Below, piece by piece: positions 31,090 through 42,084 of a stretch of DNA of 64,000 nt. Origin of the DNA: Nitrospirota bacterium (GTDB lineage Bacteria; Nitrospirota; Nitrospiria; Nitrospirales; Nitrospiraceae). The notes below the pieces were generated by a model. That model had not been told where the DNA came from. It worked only from the letters and a program-made list of their open reading frames with translations, and made no database searches. Location of the stretch: NCBI GenBank assembly GCA_963701855.1, contig CAVPBK010000005.1:64001-128000 (forward strand). Direction: 5' to 3'. The position numbers were made by a program, and so were the translations under genes. Each line of letters begins with the position of its first letter. The first letter of the stretch is position 1.

Positions 31090-32252
31090 CAGTTCCTCTC
31101 TGTCACGCGCGTCGGCTCAGTTTTCAATCCAGGTAAGGTTACGGTGACGGTTGTGCCGCGTCCGGTCTCGCTCTCGAGCACAAGACTGCCTCCATGAGCC
31201 AGGACGGTTTCGCGGCTCAAGAATAGCCCTAATCCGGTGCCCTTGCCAACCGCCTTAGTCGTAAAAAATGGTTCAAAGGCTTTCTCCACATCAGCCACCG
31301 GCATGCCGCATCCCGTATCCTGCACCGCGACCGTGATCACCAGAGGCGACATCGCGTCGGCCACCCGGCGGCCGCGGTCGAGTTCGTCGGATGAGGCCTC
31401 ACGAGCTCCTACTAATACCTTCACTGCTCCCTGTGGCGGGGTAGCGGCTAAGGCATTGGCGAATATGTTCACCAACACTTGATGCATCTTTTCCGCATCG
31501 GCCCAGATGAGCGGGAGGTTCCCGGGAATCTCGATCGTCAATGCGATCTCTTTCGCATGGAAGGCCGGCTCCATGAGCACAGCTGCCGGGCTGATCACCT
31601 TGTCCACGGGCAACCATGTCGGTTCAGGTAGGCGCTGTCTGGTTGAGGACAGCAAATCCTGAATGATCCGAACCACCCGCGTGAGCTGCTCATCGATCAC
31701 GGTCACCCGCTTCTTCATCTCAGGTGTGACGCCCGGCTCTTCAGCCAATGCTTGTACATGCCAGGCAATCGAGTGTAACGGCGTTCCGATCTCATGCGCT
31801 ACGGAAGCCACCAATTGCCCCACCGCAGCTAAGCGTTCTGAGCGATTCAACTGGTCTTTCGCTTCAACCAGCTGTGTATTGGCTTTCAGGAGATTTTCCG
31901 TTTCCCGGGCGAGAGCGGCGCGTGCCGCTGCCTCTCTCGTCTTGCGTTCCTCCCACGTCATACCGATATACGCCACGACCAGGAGTACTCCTGCAACCAC
32001 ACTGCGGTTGATCACCGCCGATTGAAACCGCCCCGGTTTGGTTGGTTGCATCAACCCCATATAGGTCGCCACGATACAGGCCACTACGGTTACGAGCATC
32101 AGGCTGCGACTGCGCACTGTGGCAACCAACAGAATCGGCACCACAAAACCGTACGCGCCAACAACATTCGCCGGGGCGGCCATTTCAAGCACGACGATCG
32201 CCAGGAACACCGCCCCTGCGATCGCCAGCACAATGCGATTTTGTTTCAACAT
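31089..32252 (-). CDS. Membrane sensor histidine kinase
   Basis: Four N-terminal TM helices, [29 protein letters not shown]; alternative TTG start at 32294. Confidence 0.9.
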   Translation of the reverse strand: MLKQNRIVLAIAGAVFLAIVVLEMAAPANVVGAYGFVVPILLVATVRSRSLMLVTVVACIVATYMGLMQPTKPGRFQSAVINRSVVAGVLLVVAYIGMTWEERKTREAAARAALARETENLLKANTQLVEAKDQLNRSERLAAVGQLVASVAHEIGTPLHSIAWHVQALAEEPGVTPEMKKRVTVIDEQLTRVVRIIQDLLSSTRQRLPEPTWLPVDKVISPAAVLMEPAFHAKEIALTIEIPGNLPLIWADAEKMHQVLVNIFANALAATPPQGAVKVLVGAREASSDELDRGRRVADAMSPLVITVAVQDTGCGMPVADVEKAFEPFFTTKAVGKGTGLGLFLSRETVLAHGGSLVLESETGRGTTVTVTLPGLKTEPTRVTERN

Positions 32253-32334
32253 GGGAGTGGGAGATACGTAAATTGCCGATGAACCATGGTCCAATCCCTA
32301 GCAGGTTGAGAAAAACCGCATTGTGATATAGTTG

Positions 32335-32459
32335 CCGGATGCTCAAAAAGGCCGTCCAGCAAGGCCGCAGGCGAGTCGAAACCGGAGGCGTACCCTCAGG
32401 GGTACGTTGAGGATTTCGATGAGCCGAGAACGAAGCAGGCGGACTTTTTCAGCATCCGG
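32335..32459. repeat. 125-bp palindromic intergenic element (MITE/REP-like)
   Basis: TIRs CCGGATGCTCAAAAAG...CTTTTTCAGCATCCGG with a central CGTACCC-TCAG-GGGTACG hairpin. Confidence 0.75.
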
Positions 32460-32469
32460 ACAGAGGGTC

Positions 32470-34714
32470 TTACCCTAGCGGACGGGTGGAACGCAAGGCA
32501 GCCCCAAGCTGCCGCAGACGTTCATCACCCAACATCTCATCCACACGAACCGCATACTTCCTGGTCCAGTTCGGATGGGTATCGACCGTTCCGGGAAGAT
32601 TGGTTTGCGAAAGTTCGTCCAAGCCGTCTTCGAGATTTGCCAGGACGAGACAGGACGGTGTGCGGGCCAGGTAGAGATGGATCGCTCGGCAGAGTTCAGT
32701 CGTCATGGCGGGAGCGGTGGCTGGGTCCTCCGTTACGCCAGGTGGCAGAAGGTTTTCCCGTTGAAGCGCACAGAGGATGTGTGACTTGTCGCGCCGACGC
32801 TCTTCCCAGGCGCGCCAGCGCGTTTCGTCATCTGGAAAGGCGCCCAATTCCGCCCGTACGAGTAGATCCTCGCCGGACCAAAATCCGGTGAGCGTCGGCA
32901 AGTCGTGCGTCGTGGCTACAGCCAGGGATTGTGCGGGATAGTCGCCGGGCGGCTTCATGGCGCCGTCTGCGCCGCGCTCGAAGTAGAACACACGATACGA
33001 CAGTACTCTCGCCTTCGCCAACTGTTCTCTGACCCAATCGGGGACCGTGCCGAGGTCTTCTCCAATGACTAGGGTTTTGGATCGAACGCTTTCCAATGCC
33101 ACGATCGCCAACAAATCTTCAAAGGGGTACTGCACATAGGTGCCTTCGGATGCAGGCCTCCCGCGCGGGATCCAGAAGAGCCGGCAGAACGCCATCACAT
33201 GGTCCAATCGAATGGCTCCGCCGGATCGAAAGTTGTTGTGAAATAGCTGGATCATCAGCTCATAGCCACTGGCGCGTAGCGCGTGAGGATTGATCGGAGG
33301 TAAGCCCCAATTCTGTCCCGCTGGCGCAAATGCGTCAGGCGGGGCGCCGCAGTCGGCTCCGAACGCCAACACCGATTGATAGATCCAGGCTTCAGCCCCA
33401 TTCCGATCGGCGCCGAGAGCCAGGTCATGATAGAGCCCGATCGGCATTGGCAGATGCTCCGCTGTACGTCGGACCTCGTTCAGCTGTTCGCTCGCCACCC
33501 ACTGAAGGTATTGAAAGAAGCGAATGCGTGTCCGGTGGCGTTTCGCATACTCACGAACCGGTTGGCCAGGCGTCAACAATTGCTTGGGCCAATCGTGCCA
33601 AGAGACCGGCGAGGATTGAATCAGTCGGCGTTCTTCTTCCAACGTCTGGAAGGTGGCATACAACTCAAGCGGTGTGCCCTCAGCCTGGATAAACCGCTCC
33701 AAGAACAAGCCGCGAGCTGTGCGGGGTTGGAGATTTGGCTCCTCTCCGCTGTAGGCATCTATGAGGAATTGTTGGTAGGCCAGATCGAGCATGGTGCGCT
33801 TGACGGTTGCAATGGCACCGTAGTCTACCCGCCGACTTTCTCGCAACGCCTGAAGCTTGGTTTGAAACTCGGGAGCATGGAACTGTTGCTGCGCCTTCTC
33901 CGATCCATAAAACTCCGGCAGCCGCTCGAGATCGATATAGAGTTCATTGAGGTATAGTCGGCTGTCCGGCGCATAGGGACTAATGTGATAAGGTAGAGTA
34001 TTTCGCAGTGCGTGCAACGGATTGAGCCCGATGAATCCGGCGCCGAGCTCTTTCCCAGCCCACTCCACAATATGACCGAGATCGGTGAAATCGCCGCACC
34101 CCCAGTTACGGTCGGAGGACAACGAATAGAGTTGCAAGGCCAGTCCCCACAGCCGCTGGTTCCCCTCAAGCGACGGCGGAACATAGCACTGGCGTGGAGC
34201 CACAATGACACGCATCGTTCCCACGTTTCCCCCGACCAAGCCTTCGGCCCGCATCATCAATTTGTAGTACCCGAGCGAGAGACCATTCGGAGCCGGTATT
34301 TCGATACGCACATGCCGTTGACCTTTGAGAAAACGGACCTCCATGGCGGAAAGCCCAGGCCCTGCCTGTCCTTCTTGCACCATGGTGTTCGCTTCATCGA
34401 AGATCTGCCACGCCACTACGACGGACCCTTCTCTTCCGTCCTCGATCGCGAGATAACAGGAGACAGAAGGTCCCGTTTCATTGTCACGCAGGATCTGCAC
34501 TGCGCTGCAGGGGTGTTGCCACGGTGCCTCATCCCAATCTTGCAGCGCTTGTGTCAGCGATTCGGTCGAATCGACCGAAAAGCCCATGGCAGTCAGTATG
34601 GCGCGCCGGGTGTCATCGGAGGTGAGGTGAAAATTACCGGCTATATCGTAATAGTCAGTCGCGATACCGGCACGTTCGGCGAGTTTGGCAAGAAGGGTCC
34701 GTCTGGTCTTGCAT
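32470..34714 (-). CDS. malQ: 4-alpha-glucanotransferase (amylomaltase, GH77); apparent frameshift near the start
   Basis: WGCGDFTDL, SPY.P, DLALG, GQNWG, RLDH, GEDLG, THD, NLPGT. The frame continues upstream of 34587 (LLAKLAERAGIATDYYDIAG) but the ATG at 34714 is off-frame by one base. Confidence 0.85.
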
Positions 34715-34907
34715 GTAGGGGAGTCTGCGTGAAGACCTCAGGCATGTCAAGCTATCTCATTGTTCTTGAAAGCAAATTTGTGCAATTGTGTCTCCTGTCT
34801 GGCGGACTCAATTACGTTCGACTCGGTACCATTTCTCACGTTCCGTCCGCAGGAGTTCATTCTGTCGTGGTAACGGAAGTGACTCCGGAAATTTGAATAA
34901 ACCGATA

Positions 34908-35025
34908 TGTGATGGATCTGCTGCTCTTGATAGTTTTCCTGATCGATGAAAGTGCGCAGAAGATGGCAAAGAGAACGAGACGAACTCACTCGGCGGTGTT
35001 TAAAGCCAATGTGGCGTTGGTTGTG
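34908..35025 (+). pseudogene. IS3-like left-end/OrfA remnant
   Basis: MAKRTRRTHSAVFKANVAL resembles IS3-family OrfA N-termini. Confidence 0.5.
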
Positions 35026-35481
35026 ATGGCTGGGATTATGTTGCATCCGAAGCGCTGGCTGGTGGCTCGATTCGTGGATTGTCCTCCCAGGGCATAGCGC
35101 ATACCCGAGACGTGATCGCCTCATAACGCCATCTCGTCGCTTCGGTGAGTCTGGAGGTCGTGCTACACCGTCACGAGCGACACCTAGACGTTTCAAGAAA
35201 GTTCGGCGAGTCCACGACCGAGAATCTGGGTGCTTCGAGAAGCCACTCTGGAAGAAGGTTGCTATAGCCTGTCAGAATAATGAGGCTTGCATTAAAGACA
35301 CCGAAGAGCAGTCAACTCCGTCCATTGGTTTTATCGAGCCACAGTATAAAAGTTATTGAGGTTTATTGACTCCCCCCATTTCATTTTGTTAGCCTCAAAC
35401 CCCACCGCCGCGTGACTGTCGATAGAAAAGACGAGAAAAGTCAGGCAGTATCCTTGGCATTCAATCCCGAAAGGAGTTCCA

Positions 35482-37347
35482 ATGGCTAGCTCAACCGCCT
35501 CGCCCGAATTGCTTACTGAACTGCAGAATAAGGCGACACAGCTTCGGATCGAGAGCGTTCGCGCGACGAGTGAAGCCGGAAGCGGGCACCCCTCTAGCTG
35601 CTGCTCTGCTGCGGACATTGTCGCGGCCCTTTTCTTCTCAGTCATGCGATACGATCCCACAAATCCGAAGGCGTACAATAGCGATCGGTTCGTGCTGTCA
35701 AAAGGCCATGCTGCCCCCTTGCTCTATGCCGCTTGGGCTGAAGCTGGTCTCTTTCCCAAGAGTGAACTGCTCAAACTCCGAACGCTGACGTCCGATCTCG
35801 AAGGCCACCCGACGCCTCGCTTATCATTTGTCGATATGGCAACGGGTTCGTTGGGGCAAGGACTTCCGGTTGGTATTGGAATCGCCCTCAATGCAAAATT
35901 CATCGACAAACTGGATCACCGTACCTACGTCTTGATGGGCGACGGAGAGTCCGTCGAGGGATCCGTATGGGAAGCGGCCGAAGTCGCGCGCCATCACGAA
36001 CTGGATAATCTCTGCGCCATTGTGGATGTCAATCGACTCGGTCAAAGCGATCCCACCATGCTGCAACACGACATGGAGGGCTATCGTTCCCGATGGGCTG
36101 GCTTTGGCTGGCAAGCGCTGGTGGTTGACGGGCACGACCTTTCAGCTTTGCTCGCAGCCTTTGATGCCGCCGCATGCACCAAAGGCAAACCGACGGTGCT
36201 TCTCGCCAAAACATTTAAGGGCAAGGGCATTTCCTTCATGGAGAACCATCCTAGCTGGCATGGGAAGCCGGTCGCCAAAGGTGAGGAAACTCAGAAGGCG
36301 ATCGATGAGTTGACCAATCAGTTGAAGCCGAGCAGGACCGCCATAGCATTGAAGAAGCCAGCGGCGCCGGTTCAAGGGCCGTCGTCAATCAGCCCTCTCC
36401 CACCTTCGCCCTACAAAGTAGGCGACGCTGCCGCTACGCGTGAAGCGTTCGGCAATGCATTTGAAGCACTGGGCGCGGTCAATTCACTAGTCGTGGGACT
36501 GGATGCCGATGTAAAGAATTCGACCTATACCGATAAATTCGGCAAGAAGTTTCCCAATCGATTCTTTGAAAATTTCATCGCGGAGCAAAACATGCTCGGG
36601 GCTGCAGCCGGTTTAGCCGCCTGCGGGAAAATTCCGTTTGTCGCCACGTTTGCGGCATTTTATACGCGAGCCTACGACTTCATTCGCATGGCTGCCATCA
36701 GCGGCTCGAACATCAAACTCGTCGGCACACACGTCGGCGTGAGCATCGGAGAAGACGGTCCCTCGCAAATGGGATTGGAAGATATTGCGATGATGGCTGC
36801 ACAACCGGGCGTGACCGTGTTGTATCCGTCCGATGCGACCTGTATGTATCGGCTCGTTGAAAAGGCTGCTACGCACAAAGGGATGGTCTACATTCGGGCT
36901 GGTCGCCCAAAATCTCCGGTCCTATACGGACCAGATGAAGCCTTCCAGATCGGCGGATCGAAGGTCATTCGCCAAAGCGCGTCAGATGTCCTTACGATTG
37001 TTGCGGCCGGCGTCACGCTCTTCGAGGCCTTGAAGGCGTACGACACATTGAAAGGCGCGGGCCTCTCCGTGCGGATCGTCGATCTTTATAGTATTGTTCC
37101 CATTGATCGCATCACATTGCTGGACAGTGCCAGAGCCACTCAGGGGCGCATCCTCACCGTTGAGGATCATTATGCGCACGGCGGTCTCGGAGATGCAGTG
37201 CTCAGCGCGGTCGGACCAGAAGGCATTAAAGTGCATAAGCTTGCCGTTCGCACGATCCCACACAGCGGAAAACCGGACGAGCTTGTCGATCACTTTGGCA
37301 TCGGAGCACGATCGATTGTGGAAGCAGCTAAACAAATCACAAAGTAA
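35482..37347 (+). CDS. tkt: Transketolase
   Basis: SGHP, DRFVLSKGH, EGHP, TGSLGQG, TPP motif GDGE...N, GEDGPSQ; AAGGAG RBS. Confidence 0.95.
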   Translation: MASSTASPELLTELQNKATQLRIESVRATSEAGSGHPSSCCSAADIVAALFFSVMRYDPTNPKAYNSDRFVLSKGHAAPLLYAAWAEAGLFPKSELLKLRTLTSDLEGHPTPRLSFVDMATGSLGQGLPVGIGIALNAKFIDKLDHRTYVLMGDGESVEGSVWEAAEVARHHELDNLCAIVDVNRLGQSDPTMLQHDMEGYRSRWAGFGWQALVVDGHDLSALLAAFDAAACTKGKPTVLLAKTFKGKGISFMENHPSWHGKPVAKGEETQKAIDELTNQLKPSRTAIALKKPAAPVQGPSSISPLPPSPYKVGDAAATREAFGNAFEALGAVNSLVVGLDADVKNSTYTDKFGKKFPNRFFENFIAEQNMLGAAAGLAACGKIPFVATFAAFYTRAYDFIRMAAISGSNIKLVGTHVGVSIGEDGPSQMGLEDIAMMAAQPGVTVLYPSDATCMYRLVEKAATHKGMVYIRAGRPKSPVLYGPDEAFQIGGSKVIRQSASDVLTIVAAGVTLFEALKAYDTLKGAGLSVRIVDLYSIVPIDRITLLDSARATQGRILTVEDHYAHGGLGDAVLSAVGPEGIKVHKLAVRTIPHSGKPDELVDHFGIGARSIVEAAKQITK

Positions 37348-37539
37348 GCCCGCCCGCGCCAGCCTTCCTCATGAGTTGGTGCGGTATTTCTTTTCTGAAC
37401 ATTCTGAGAGGACCGGTGCGCCAACGTCTGCTTCAGGAACTGACAGAAGCCCGCTATGGCAGTGACTGTTCGTGGAGAAACATCAGTCCGGCGATGATTT
37501 CGCATGGCGTGCGAAACTGGTTGGATTTCAATTGCCCAC

Positions 37540-38004
37540 TCATGGTGCGTTTATTCCAGTATGGGGGGCCAGGTCTGCCGTGATGCAGGACTGCATAATT
37601 TCAGCGCGGCATTGCCATGACGTGGCCGCCGTATTGAGATGGTGAACCAGTTCTTCCGGCACGATTATGCCAACGGTGATATCCACCAAGACGTGATCGG
37701 GTATGCGATGAAAATGCGCGGCGTTCACACCCTGAAGGGTGAGCAACGCCCTGCTTAGCTCGTTCTCATGGGTGTAGCAGCCAGGTCCTATCAGCACGAC
37801 GGGAACTCTCTCCATGGCAGCGTGGCTGGCTGCGGCTGGCTGAAATACGGCAAGACCCACGGTGAGCGCCATCGCAAGCATCAGACGGTTGTGTCTAAGC
37901 GTGGCCTTGCCGTCTGCATGAGGCTGTGGGCAGGTTGCGGCTACGCTCTTCGCGAAGGGCGTCTGCGTCCGGTTTGCGTATCCGCGATGAGCTGTTCGCG
38001 TCAT
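37540..38004 (-). CDS. Hypothetical exported protein, possible HMA-like ferredoxin fold
   Basis: Hydrophobic segment, then GPGC...L.GV...H...DH...C....SC; start uncertain. Confidence 0.5.
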   Translation of the reverse strand: MTRTAHRGYANRTQTPFAKSVAATCPQPHADGKATLRHNRLMLAMALTVGLAVFQPAAASHAAMERVPVVLIGPGCYTHENELSRALLTLQGVNAAHFHRIPDHVLVDITVGIIVPEELVHHLNTAATSWQCRAEIMQSCITADLAPHTGINAP

Positions 38005-38196
38005 CGGAATACCTGTCTGCAGGGAGGCGATCTGAAGCCCTTGGGTAGGTTCATCGATTTGTCTTAAGATCTCATGGTAGACGGTGATGCGAGTTGTCGG
38101 ACCATGCGAATCTCCGGTTCGGCTGGGTTGCAGTGTTCCTCTCTTGAACGCGTTCACGGGCAGGCGGCGAGGATCTCACCGCCTGCCCGTCGCCCT

Positions 38197-38643
38197 TTAC
38201 GGTACTTCGACGATGTCCTTCTTCATAGGACCCAGCACAGCAAGGAGTTCGTTCTTTTCCCTGGCTGGCACGTTGAACGTATCCAATGCCTTGACGAGGT
38301 CTTCAACCAGGGCATTGAAGGCAGCCGTCGTGATTTTCATGCCGGCATGCGTTGTTTTCATGTCTTTCCCATCATAGGTGCAGGGGCCTCCGCTGGCTTG
38401 GCAGACCTGGTCGACCAGCTGCTTCTTCAGGTGCGGCAGATCGGCATGGGCAAAATACCCGTTGATGCGGGTGTCTTGGCCCACGATGCTGACGAACTTG
38501 CCGACGACGGCCGTGATAGGGCCGGTTCCGCCGAGCCGTTCATATAGTGAGGGCAACGGAGCATCGGCTGCCCACACCGGCGATGAGATCAACAGCAAGG
38601 AGACGGTCAGCATAGTCTTGATGGCGCAAGAAAGTTGTTTCAT
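38197..38643 (-). CDS. Group I truncated hemoglobin with signal peptide
   Basis: SLYERLGG, ASGGPCTYDG.DM...H(F8)AGM, F.ALV; N-terminal signal ending VWA; AAGGAG RBS. Confidence 0.88.
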   Translation of the reverse strand: MKQLSCAIKTMLTVSLLLISSPVWAADAPLPSLYERLGGTGPITAVVGKFVSIVGQDTRINGYFAHADLPHLKKQLVDQVCQASGGPCTYDGKDMKTTHAGMKITTAAFNALVEDLVKALDTFNVPAREKNELLAVLGPMKKDIVEVP

Positions 38644-38715
38644 GAAAGGCGCTCCTTTTTGAGAGGTAATTGAGGGCTTCCTTCGAGTGCACAGCTCTAT
38701 CATATTTCAGGTCGT

Positions 38716-39663
38716 TTAGGGCTTCCAGGGCGTCAGTGGCATCAGCGGAGCATCCTTGGCTACCGGTGTAATCGTCAGCGCGGCAATGGCTCCACGAAGG
38801 GCTCCAGTGAGCGAATGCGTCACAATCGGATAGACCCCGGGTGATTCGGAGACCAAGTCGAATGTGGCGGCGCTTCCGGGTCCTACGACATAGGTTTGTA
38901 CCCCTGTGAGTTTGTTGGCAGGGTTCCCGCTCTCGTAGACGTTGTCCCAAATCTCGCCGATCGGGTGGAGCGAGGAAAACTCGTTGGGGCCCGCGTTCAC
39001 AAAATAGATCCGGACCCGCTCATTCGGTTTCGCCTCTAGCGCTTCCGCGCCGATGAAGAAGGGATGATACTTGAAGATCCCTCCGTTGAAGACCGTATAG
39101 TCGAACTTCCGAGCGAACATGGCCTCGACATCGTCGGGGTTCTTCCAGAGCTCAGATTGGACCAACAAAAACTCCCGGTCCGCTTTCGGCCAGACCTTCG
39201 GATCCTTGGGATCGACGATAATCGCGCCGAACATGCCGCGCGCGACGTGCTGAATCATGGGTGCTGCGCCGCAATGATAGAAAAACACGCCGGGCTTCTT
39301 CGCCACAAAGGTGAAGGAAATGGTTTCTCCCGGATTGATGGCCCGGTAGTTCTTCAGGAAATCGATTTCCGCCGCATGGAAGTCCATGGCGTGTGGAAAA
39401 ACATTGGTCTTGGGATTCTCCAGCGTGAAGTTGACAGTGTCACCTTCCGTGACCCGCACGGCCGGCCCCGGCATCTGGCCGTTGAACGTCCAGGCCTTAT
39501 ATTTCGTTCCCGTTCCTTCAATCACGATTTCCGTTTCGAGCGCCGTCATCTTGACGTCATGGGTCTTCGCGGATGCCTCGGAGGGCAATCCCATCAATCC
39601 GGCAATCGCAAGGGCCGTGGCCCCTGCGATGGCCATGAGTTGAGGTGATCGTCTTTTCATCAT
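38716..39663 (-). CDS. nirK: Copper-containing nitrite reductase
   Basis: HAMDFH, YHC...QHVARGM, SSLHPIG and VTH copper ligands; signal peptide. Confidence 0.9.
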   Translation of the reverse strand: MMKRRSPQLMAIAGATALAIAGLMGLPSEASAKTHDVKMTALETEIVIEGTGTKYKAWTFNGQMPGPAVRVTEGDTVNFTLENPKTNVFPHAMDFHAAEIDFLKNYRAINPGETISFTFVAKKPGVFFYHCGAAPMIQHVARGMFGAIIVDPKDPKVWPKADREFLLVQSELWKNPDDVEAMFARKFDYTVFNGGIFKYHPFFIGAEALEAKPNERVRIYFVNAGPNEFSSLHPIGEIWDNVYESGNPANKLTGVQTYVVGPGSAATFDLVSESPGVYPIVTHSLTGALRGAIAALTITPVAKDAPLMPLTPWKP

Positions 39664-39853
39664 GGTTGGACTCCTCTCTGAAATGGTTGGGCGAACTTCT
39701 CCGGGCAAATGTGCAACTGGTCTTTTCTTATGTGAAGGGTCTCACTGGCACTTCGTCTGTATGTGAGGAAAAGAATAACAGAGCAAAATTGTCTAGTGTA
39801 TATCGTAGCGTTCGGTTAAGAATCAAGCCCTTTGTTAGTCCCAAATGAGCCTG

Positions 39854-41047
39854 TGACCCAAAACCCGAAAAGTAGGCCAGGGGGAGCTTGAGGAAATGCC
39901 CCGCGACGTGGTCTTCTTAACTCAGAAGGAGGACCCGACGAGGGCACGACGACGAGGGTATATCGAAGAGCAGCTCCTGGCGGCCGTGCGACACGCGGAG
40001 GGCGGGACGACCGTAGTCGAGGGCTGTCGAGAGGTGGGGATCAGTGAGCAGACGTTCTCCCGCTGGAAACGAACGTACGTAGGGCTGGGGCTGAGCGAAC
40101 TCCGCGAGCTCCGGCAACGCCGAGAAGAGACCACGAAACTGAAGCGGCTGGCGGCCGATCTCTCACTTGATCGGCATAGGTTGCAGGAGATGGTGCGAAA
40201 AGAGCGGTACGGCCTCGGGACCGGCTGGCGCTGGCCCGCTGGGCGCACACGACCTACCAGGTCAGTGAGCGCCGACTCACGGTCGTGTTGCGGCGGGAGG
40301 GGGGCACGTGAATGCGAAACGGATCTATCGGCTGTATACGGACGAAGGGCTGACGGTGCGGACGAAACACCGCACGAAGGCCGCAGGCCGAGCCCGTGTG
40401 CCGCAGGCCCGAGCCACGGCGCCGAACGAGCGGTGGAGCATGGGTTTTATGAGCGAGCGTGTGGCGAATGGCCGCTGGGTTCGGATTCTGACCGTCGTGG
40501 ACCAGTTTACACGGGAGTGTCTGTGCTTGGTGGCGGATCAGTCGCTCACCGGAGAGACGGTGGCGGAGGCGGTAGAGCCGGTGGTGATGCACCGGGGCGC
40601 ACCGCGTGCGCTCACCGTGGACAACGGCAGCGAATTTTCCAGCCGCGTCATGGATGCCTGGGCCTACCGGCATGGGATCCCGCTGGATTTTATTCGACCG
40701 GGGAAGCCGGTGGCGAATGGCTTCATCGAGAGTGTCAATGGGCGGCTCCGTGATGAGGGTCTGAATGTGGACGTGTTCTTCACGCTGGACGAGGTGCAGG
40801 AGAAATTGGCGCGATGGCGGACGGACGATAACCTCCTACGCCCGCACAGTGCGTTTCAGGATCAGGCGCCAGTCTCTTTTGCGGCGAAGTGGTTCGCCGC
40901 CCGGCCGACGGCTCCGGCCTCTTCCGAATTGCTGGAGCCACTCACGTGAGCGATGCGAGCGTTGTAACGCTGCATGGGCGGCTCACACCGATCACGCGCA
41001 GGCCAATTCCTCAGGGCTCGATCGGTCTACATTCGCGGGGCGGGTCA
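39854..41047 (+). mobile_element. IS3-family element, copy B (relative of 1621-2942), internally deleted with start codon lost
   Basis: Same first 32 bp as copy A; right end GGGCGGGTCA; ATG->AGG; about 125 bp missing after GTGAGCGCCG. Confidence 0.9.
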
Positions 41048-41736
41048 GAAAGCCACAACATCGATTTTCATGCGGTCACTGGACCGGGTGGTGGAGCAGC
41101 AAGCCTCAATACCGACCAGGGGAGGAAAGTGAGTTACGATTTAAGGCCCTCAATGCTGGCCTCCATTTCTATCACTGTGCCACCGCATCGCCATCCATTC
41201 CTGAACACATTGCGAATGGAATGTATGGCGGGATCTTAGTTGAGCCGGTTGGCGGGCTTCCCAAGGTAGACAAAGGGTTTTATGTCGTGCAGAGCGAGTT
41301 TTACACCAAGCCTGGCAAGAAGGGCGAGACCTTGGAATTTTCGTTCGAAAATGGGTTAACGGAGCACCCGTTACATGTGGTGTTTAACGGCATGGCGGGT
41401 TCGCTTATCAAGAATCTTCTGATGGCCAAGGTGGGCGACACCATTCGAATGTATTATATCAACGCAGGACCCAATCTGACCGAAAATTGGCACGTCATCG
41501 GCGAGATATTTGACAGGGCGTACCCCAAGGGTTCCTTGATTATGCCTCCATTGCAGAACGTCCAAACCACTGTCGTGCCGGCTGGTGGCTCTTCCATGGC
41601 AGAGTTTAAGATCGAGGTGCCTGGAACCTATATCAATGTGGACCACGCAATCTTCCGCATCGCAAAAGGCGCCGTTGGCCTGATAAAGGTGGAAGGTGCG
41701 GAGTAATCGGACATCTACAAGAACCTCCTGAAGTAA
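41048..41736 (+). pseudogene. nirK: Second nirK (AniA-type), 5'-truncated by IS3 and frameshifted
   Basis: HNIDFHAVTGPGGGA, then after a frameshift YHCAT...HIANGMYG, WHVIGEIFD, VDHAIFR; premature stop at 41704. Confidence 0.85.
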
Positions 41737-41837
41737 TCGGAGGAGATTACACCGCTGTGACCTCAAAACACAGCGGTGTAAATCTGTAGCGGTCAGGCAT
41801 CATGGTTTGATGAATGTGACGCAGTAACCTAGTCTAG

Positions 41838-41870
41838 GGGAGGGAGAGGCATTGCTTCTCCCTCTTTTTA
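41838..41870 (+). terminator. Rho-independent terminator candidate
   Basis: GAGGGAGAGGC-ATT-GCTTCTCCCTC-TTTTT; a second hairpin TTACACCGCTGTG...CACAGCGGTGTAA lies at about 41747-41781. Confidence 0.6.
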
Positions 41871-42084
41871 TTCGAAAGGGTGAGTTAATGGGGTGATCGC
41901 AGAGCATCTGGTTCACAGCATATCGACGTCACGAAGTTCCCGGTAAGATCGCTGTCAGCCCATCTCCAGTTGCGTGTGGATCATCTTGCGTGTGGGTCAT
42001 CGTCCGTTCTGCAAGACTCAACTGCATGTAGATGTTTCCCATGCAACATTTTCCCTCAAAAATGTTGCACTTGGAGTTAGTACT

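Noticed and set aside
34012..34896. 294-aa plus-strand ORF
   Set aside because: Antisense to malQ; no recognisable domain.
40765..41706. 313-aa ORF as an intact multicopper oxidase
   Set aside because: The N-terminus is IS sequence read through into a frameshifted nirK remnant.
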